Shown: positions 21,247 through 27,588 of the stretch, piece after piece
How the letters are laid out: the number at the start of each line of letters is the position of its first letter
Position numbering within the stretch: position 1 is the first letter of the stretch
NCBI RefSeq assembly: GCF_006345805.1
Contig: NW_021833345.1
Span: forward strand, 1 to 27,588
Source: Octopus sinensis
Lineage: Eukaryota
Direction of reading: 5' to 3'
DNA: 27,588 nucleotides
Made by a program: the position numbers and the translations under genes
The notes under the pieces: generated by a model
What the model was told of the DNA's origin: nothing
The model's input: only the letters and a program-made list of their open reading frames with translations
The model's database searches: none

Positions 21247-21505
21247 GAAACACATGTCCACAGCTGTCATCTTGTCTCTAGAAACACATATTCTCAGCTG
21301 TCTCTAGAAACACATGCCCACAGCTGCCATCTTGTCTCTAGAAACACATGACCATAGTTGTCATCTTGTCTTTAGAAACACACGTCCACAAGTGTCATCT
21401 TGTCTTTAGAAACACACGTCCACAACTGTCATCTTGTCTCTAGAAACACACGTACACAACTGCCATCTTGTCTCCAGAAACACATGGCCACAGCTGTCAT
21501 CTTGT
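21247..21505. repeat. 8-copy 34-bp minisatellite (GAAACACATGTCCACAGCTGTCATCTTGTCTCTA)
   Basis: Units start at 21247, 21281 (26 bp, deleted), 21307, 21341, 21375, 21409, 21443 and 21477 (partial). Confidence 0.95.
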
Positions 21506-21845
21506 AAACCTTTGTTTTTCTTTCTTAATGACAAATCAATTGCAGTGGTTTCTTGATCTTTGAGAGTATCTACTCTTATATGGAATTGGTAGCAATTACT
21601 ACAAAGTGTCCGTCTGCTTTTCTCTTGGAAGGAAGATAATGTCATTAAATCAAGGCTTCATCGTTTACGCTACTATGTATACTATGATTCCGCTTTATTG
21701 TAAATGTACATACATCATAAAGTATGCGTTAACCTGAGTAAAAGAGAGATATGGGTATCCATTCTGTTAGACAATACGTTAAGACATGCGCAAATACAAG
21801 CATACAAGCAAATATCGACTTACATATGATATGTACATATGAGTG

Positions 21846-21853
21846 CTTGTATA

Positions 21854-21884
<31 letters not shown>

Positions 21885-21966
21885 GTGTATGTATGTATGT
21901 ATGTATGTATGTATGTATGTATGTATGTATGTATGTATGTATGTATGTATGTATGTATGTATGTAT
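21846..21966. repeat. (ATGT)n microsatellite
   Basis: Direct inspection. Confidence 0.95.
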
Positions 21967-22189
21967 AGGCAAATTTGCTGTTGAAAATGCAATTAAATTT
22001 GTTTTAAAATAAATTCATTTACATATATGCAAAACTAGTTCCAACAATACTTCTTGTTTATCAATGGTAAAAATTTAGAATTATGAATTAGAAAAACATG
22101 TTTAAAAGTTTCAATGTTGACAAGTTTAAATTTTCATAATAGTCAATAATATAAAATATCTGGATCAATCTTGTTTAAACGTATAAGTT

Positions 22190-23260
22190 TATGGAAAACA
22201 AGAACTTTATCCTACGTATCAACACACAATCCGAGGTACATGGAAACATACAAAATCATCCACCGAAACATACCTCCCCTTATAAAGGACCTGCGAATGA
22301 AAAAGGCATTGGAAGCACATAGGTTTATAAAAAGCAAGAGACACTCGCGATCACTAAAAATTTATTCACCAGTGCCAAGTTAGCCACCAAAAATATAACC
22401 GCACTAGTCAAAAAGTGCAGCCGTCCTAACTACGGAACTTGCATATTCTTCTTAGGGGGCTCAATATACAAATTTAAGTCAGGTCAAACTTTTACTTCAC
22501 CTGTGCTTCGAAGAACTTAATCTATGTTCTAAAATGTGGAGGGTGTGGTAGAGACTACATAGGTCAAACTAACTTAACCTTGAAGGACAGACTAACGGCG
22601 CAGAGGCAATAAATCCGGGACCCCATGAACGGGAAAATTCCCGTAAGCAAACACCTAGACCAATGCTCTGTAAACATAAACCCGAAATAACAAATCTTCT
22701 CTCTCTATCAATGCACCGGAAAAACTTCAACACAATTTCATTTAAATGAGGAAAGCATACTCATTAAATAATATAAACCACAGATGAATATCCTTTAGAA
22801 AGAAGAAAAAAATATTCAACACAAAAAGGAAAAGAGACTCAATTTCTCCACGAAAAACAACCAGGTACAACAGACAGTTTAAAAAAAAATTTTGTAAGAC
22901 TTCCACCCGGGTTTCGAAACCGCAACTCCTAATCTCCATACAATGGCATCATACAAACAACAGTTGTCGACGTCACCTAACTGTAGACCAATGAAATTTT
23001 ACCTCCGATCAAAACCGAACTTCAGTAAATACAACAAAATGACCCTTTAAGAGAATCAACCAACTGGAACGGCTGATGACCTTTCCCCACAGGGCAGCCA
23101 ACCAGGCAGAACGACAAACTTGACCACCAGAAAAACAAGATGTCACCTGTACTTTAACGAATTAAAAATCAGATCCGTTCGTAGAAAAAAATTGTAATAC
23201 ACCAGATTCCTGCACACGACCGAAAGAGAATTATAGAAACAGTAAAACAAATCCCTTTTT
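22190..23260 (+). mobile_element. Penelope-like element (Neptune-like) 3' remnant: linker, Cys-rich motif, GIY-YIG endonuclease pseudogene and probable pLTR
   Basis: LSYVSTHNPR..KSKRHSRSLK / NLFTSAKL..KKCSRPNYGTC / FTCASKNLIYVLKCGGCGRDYIGQTNLTLKDRL..Q*IRDP..IPVSKHLDQC..EESILIK*YKPQMNIL* (GIY-YIG frame 22496-22798). Frameshifts and stops are present. The downstream extent is approximate. Confidence 0.88.
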
Positions 23261-23613
23261 TACTATCTTCATTTCTCCTTTGTTTTCCCACCTCTTAACT
23301 CTGTATGATTGAAACTTTGATGACATTCATTCCTTTTTCGACCACTACTAACACTATCGAAATCTGTACATTTAAACAAGTTGATCCAGAGTTTTTATAT
23401 TATTAACTGCTATGAACATTTAAACTTGTCAACATTGAAACTTTTAGACATGCTTTTCCTAATACATGTTTCTAAATTTTTACCATTGATATTCAAAAAA
23501 TATTGTTGAAACTAGTTTGGTATATATGTAAATAAATTTATTTTAAAGCAATTACAATTTTTTCAAATTTAGGCGCATTTTCAAAAACAAATTTGCCTCC
23601 GTGGAAATACACT

Positions 23614-23631
23614 CCTTTTGTGTTATATATG

Positions 23632-23664
<33 letters not shown>

Positions 23665-23695
23665 ATATATGTATATATATATATATATATATAAC

Positions 23696-23772
<77 letters not shown>

Positions 23773-23826
23773 TATTTCGCTTAGGCATAACGATACTAAT
23801 AGCTTATATATATATATATATATATT
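23614..23826. repeat. (AT)n microsatellite tract
   Basis: Direct inspection. Confidence 0.95.
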
Positions 23827-24399
23827 AAATGTGCACAAACATACAAGCACACGTGGACTTACACTAAAAAACACAAATCTCTGGAACTATCTTCACTCGG
23901 AGAGAGAGAGAGCGGTTTTGTCACTTTAGTAGTGTCTGGCTTTGTCACGACTAGAAGAATTAGAATAGTCTCAAAAAACTGCCACCACACACACACACAA
24001 ACACACACAAATATGTACTCTTAATTCAAACTGAATTACTTTTCGTGGTTTTCTTTTTATTAGGATCCTAAGAGGCGAAATGCTAATACTCATAATTTCA
24101 AACAACACTTCTCACCTGATGATCGCTGTTACGCAAAACCCGTCTCACTAGAAAGAAATCCACTATAAATAAACCCCATACGCTTACAACGTATTTATTA
24201 CGCTGTTCCTCATTCGTCAATAAAAATTAATTTTTCTAGCATTTTTTTTTTGTTTGGCAATTGAGAAATTAGCATGCAATCACTTTTCCGTGAGCGTGAG
24301 ACTAATGAGCATGTGTGGTGAGTTAGTTTGCTCAATAATGAGCTTCACGTATTAAGGATAACACGAACAATGTGCAAGGTTGTGTAAAATATTATGTAT

Positions 24400-24818
24400 A
24401 GGTGTAGGAGTGGCTGTGTGGTAAGTAGCTTGTTTACCAACCACATGGTTCCGGTTTCAGTCCCACTGCATGGCACCTTGGGCAAGTGTCTTCTACTTAT
24501 AGCCTCGAGCCGACCAAAGACTTGTGAGTGGATTTGGTAGACGGAAACTGAAAGAAGCCCGTCATATATATGTATATCTGTGTATGTGTGTGCGTGTATG
24601 TTTGTGTGTCTGTGTTTGTCCCCCTAGCATTGCTTGACAACCGATGCTGGTGTGTTTATGTCCCCATCATTTAGCGGTTCGGCAAAAGAGACCGATAGAA
24701 TAAGTACTGGGCTTACAAAGAATAAATCCCGGGGTCGAGTTGCTCGATTAAAGGCGGTGCTCCAGCATGGCCGCAGTCAAATGACTGAAACAAGTAAAGA
24801 GTAAAGAGTAAAGAGAGT
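24400..24818 (+). mobile_element. Full-length OR-like tRNA-derived SINE with a (GTAAAGA)3 tail
   Basis: The best-preserved copy, with A box TGGCTGTGTGG, B-box-like sequence and a CORE-like ggcaccttgggcaagtg. A possible GTATAG target-site duplication lies at 24396-24401 and 24817-24822. Confidence 0.93.
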
Positions 24819-25492
24819 ATAGAAATGAAAACATTTTAATAACCTACTTGACTTTGACATATGTAAACGACGTAGAATGGTTGAAAACAATTAAGCATTT
24901 AAACTTAAAAGTTTAATAGCCAGGAGTTCGTTATTTGTATCAAATTTCATCGTATTAGCGGGAACCCGTTTTGAATACCTGATACCCGAGTTCACTTCAA
25001 TGTGTTGAATGAACAGCTTTAACATGTGGATGGAGAGCTGCCTGACATACATATGCGTCCTATCCGTGGAGATTAAGTCTCACATCTAGTTTAATACTAG
25101 AGCAACAGGTCAAAAATAAATACTTGTCTTGTGACAGATTCTTTCATTCATGTCCTTCTAACTGTTGTTTATCACAAGGCTGGTTAGTGCTTATGTTGCA
25201 CGTGTATAGCCAAATCATATCGTGTGTTATAGAGACACAATGTATTTAAGGCGATCAGATATGGTAGGAGATGGATTTAGCTGCTATTTCTAGAGCACCA
25301 AGTAACCATGTAAAATTTTCCCTCATAGAATCATCAATCATTAAATGATTAAAAGATATGACTGAACTAATCTTTTCCAAACACTAAGCTCCTTTAGTCA
25401 GGTGCTAAAAATTCGGTGTCCGTGTCGTTAAGCGGATAAAAGCTAAATCCATCTTTCAATTGGAAACAGCTCTGTTGATGATGACAGCTTCA

Positions 25493-25625
25493 CTGGCCGA
25501 GCGAACAACGTGCCGTAGAATCAATCGTAAGATCACGGTTTCAAATCCATAGTATGTGAATGCGTTGTTTTCTTGTACACGATACTTTCACATCCTCTTC
25601 AAACGAACAGAGTTCACTTCAATTA
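25493..25625 (+). mobile_element. Decayed tRNA-derived SINE remnant
   Basis: TGGCCGAGCG (A-box-like) and GGTTTCAAATCC (B-box-like) at plausible spacing. Confidence 0.35.
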
Positions 25626-25739
25626 TTTGTAAACTTTTGTGAAGATAGTAAAAAGAAAGTTATACAAACTATGAATTAGTTCGTGGGTGTAATTATTTGT
25701 GAAGCGGAGATGAAACTTAATAATCTAATAATTTACGAT

Positions 25740-26503
25740 GACAGCAAGCAGGCAGAAACGTTAGCAGGCTTGGCAAAATGCTTAGCGGTATTTCGTCTGC
25801 CACTACGTTCTGAGGTCAAATTCTGCCGATGTCGACTTTGCCTTTTATCCTTTCGAGGTCGATTAAATAAGTACCAGTTACGCACTGGAGTCGATATAAT
25901 CGACTTAATCCGTTTGTCTGTCATTATTTGTCCCCTCTGTGTTTAGCCCCTTGTGGGTAATAAAGAAATAGGTATTTCTTCTGCCGTTATGTTCTGAGTT
26001 CAAATTCCGCCGAGGTCGACTTTACCTTTCATCCTTTCGGGGTCGATTAAATAAGTACTAGTTACAACTGGGGTCGATGTAATCGACTTTATCCGTTTGT
26101 CTGTCCTTGTTTGTCCCTTCTGTGTTTAGCCCCTTGTGGGTAGTAAAGAAACAGGTATTTCGTCTGCCGTTATGTTCTGAGTTCAAATTCCGCCTAGGTC
26201 GAATTTGCCTTTCAACTTTTGGGGGTCGATTAAATAAGTACCAGTTACGCACTTGGCTCGATATAACCGACTTAATCCGTTTGTCTGTCCTTGTTTGTCC
26301 TCTCTGTGTTTAGCATCTTGTGGGTAGTAAAGAAATAGGTATTTCGTCTGCCACTATATTCTGAGTTCAAATTCCGCTGAGGTTGACTTTACTTCTTAAC
26401 CTTTCGGAGTCGATGAATTAAGTAACAGTAAAAAACTGGGGTCGATGTCATTGACTAGGCCCATCCCCACAAATTTCAGGTCTTGTGTCTTTAGTAGAAA
26501 GGA
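25740..26503 (+). mobile_element. Head-to-tail tandem array of four SINE units (about 184-bp period; Meta-domain-like centre)
   Basis: Units start at GGTATTTC at 25787, 25971, 26154 and 26338. Each has a B-box-like GAG(T/G)TCAAATT and a gtcgactttgcctttcatcctttcggggtcgattaaataagtaccag core. Confidence 0.9.
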
Positions 26504-26597
26504 TAACTTATTACTTTTCGCAGGCTCCCACGTTTGACCTTCTAGCGTTCAGATTTCTCTCTCAAATGTAATATTTACTTATTCCTATTGTTGGGAG

Positions 26598-26872
26598 ACT
26601 CTTAAGAACTGGTTTCCGGTTTCATTGGATGTATAGGTTCCCCACCTGGATGGGATACCGGGCCGTCACAAGTGAGCTGTTAGATGCAGGAGGAAAAGAG
26701 AGACAACGTCGTGGCGAAAGAGTCAGCAGAGGTTCGCCATTACCTTCTGTCGGAGCCGCGTGGAGCTTAAATGTTTCGCTCATAAACACATCCATCGCCC
26801 GGTCTGAGACTCGAACCTGCGATCCCTCGACCGCGAGTCCGCTACTCTAACCACTAGGCTATGTGCGTCCAC
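26598..26872 (-). mobile_element. tRNA-derived SINE of a further family (possibly V-domain-like 3' part)
   Basis: Reverse complement: GTGGACGCACA-TAGCCTAGTGG-TTAGAGT..GGTTCGAGTCT-CAGACCGGGCG head, then gacggcccggtatcccatccagg..gaaaccggaaacc. Confidence 0.82.
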
Positions 26873-27089
26873 TTTTGTTGGGAATTAATCAGGCATTATT
26901 TTGTAGCTTCGATATTTTGATGATGTAATTGCTTTATTTGTAATATGATATTGTAGGGTAGGTGTGAGAGATTGAACGTAACACAGGTAGTATATATGGG
27001 TCTAATTTCGCCGATTTAAATGCTAAACGGTGAATTTTTAGAATAGATAGAGCGTTAGATAAAACAAATATCTTGCGGCATTTGTCTGA

Positions 27090-27116
27090 ACTAGTATATA
27101 TAACATATATATATAT

Positions 27117-27166
<50 letters not shown>
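27090..27166. repeat. (AT)n tract (internal microsatellite of the adjacent SINE)
   Basis: Direct inspection; abuts acgacgggcttctttcag. Confidence 0.9.
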
Positions 27167-27168
<2 letters not shown>

Positions 27169-27326
27169 GACGGGCTTCTTTCAGTTTCCGTCTACTAAAT
27201 CCACTCACAAAGTTTTTGTAGGGCCGAAGTATAGCAGCAGAGATTTGACTAAATTGCCATGCAGTGAAAATGAACCCGGAACCATGTGGTTGGGAAGCAA
27301 GCTTCTTACCATCACAGCCACGCCTA
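27167..27326 (-). mobile_element. OR-like SINE, 5' half only
   Basis: The reverse complement aligns to 24405-24563; no 3' half is recognisable beyond the (AT)n. Confidence 0.85.
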
Positions 27327-27479
27327 ATACTTCTAGTTAATCACAATGTGTCATTCTGAATAAGAGATTCGCACTACGAGTTCGCACATGTGGCTGCAGG
27401 TTCATTTCTTGGGCAAGAGCTCAGCTGCTCAAACAAGGCTCATCTCAATGCAATGGACCCACTAAATCACAAATATGCA

Positions 27480-27588
27480 GCAACAGCATTAGTAGTAGTA
27501 GTAGAAGTAGTAGCAGTAGTAGGAGTAGTGCTAGCAGTTGCAGGTGGTGGTGGTGGAGACGTTGAGGGCAGTGGTAGTAGTGGTAGTG
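27480..27588. repeat. (AGT)n/(GGT)n trinucleotide low-complexity tract running off the window
   Basis: Direct inspection. Confidence 0.85.

Noticed and set aside
21247-21505. CRISPR-like appearance of the 34-bp array (also 18573-18658)
   Set aside because: The units are contiguous with no unique spacers, there are no cas genes, and the context is eukaryotic.
24110-24150. CTGATGA followed by AAAA..GTC
   Set aside because: G12 is missing, stem II is poor and there is no stem I.
25683-26850. ORFs 25683-25946, 25733-25924, 26058-26252, 26107-26313 and 26629-26850
   Set aside because: They lie inside SINE sequence and are not genes.

Overview
AT-rich, microsatellite-dense eukaryotic DNA. I found no intact protein-coding gene; almost all ORFs in the track are translated simple repeats. 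The SINE families and repeat content suggest an octopod cephalopod (Octopus-like), which is my recognition from memory, not a database result. The window holds several tRNA-derived SINE families and decayed remnants of two R4/Dong-like RLE LINEs, a 5'-only LINE with a CCHC ORF1, a SPIN/Charlie-like hAT transposase and a Neptune-like Penelope element (GIY-YIG). The main signal not explained by the ORF track is a set of type I hammerhead ribozyme (HHR) motifs of several unrelated sequence families, concentrated in the first 3.8 kb and mostly in inverted pairs. They include two identical intact HHRs in a near-perfect 137-bp fold-back (18-154) and two head-to-head copies of a composite element made of a tRNA-like Pol III head, an (AAT)n linker and a minimal HHR (1597-2198). 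That composite is the best candidate for a little-described system: a Pol III-driven, ribozyme-bearing non-autonomous retroelement that may use Penelope machinery. Whether it is already catalogued in Dfam/Repbase must be checked.
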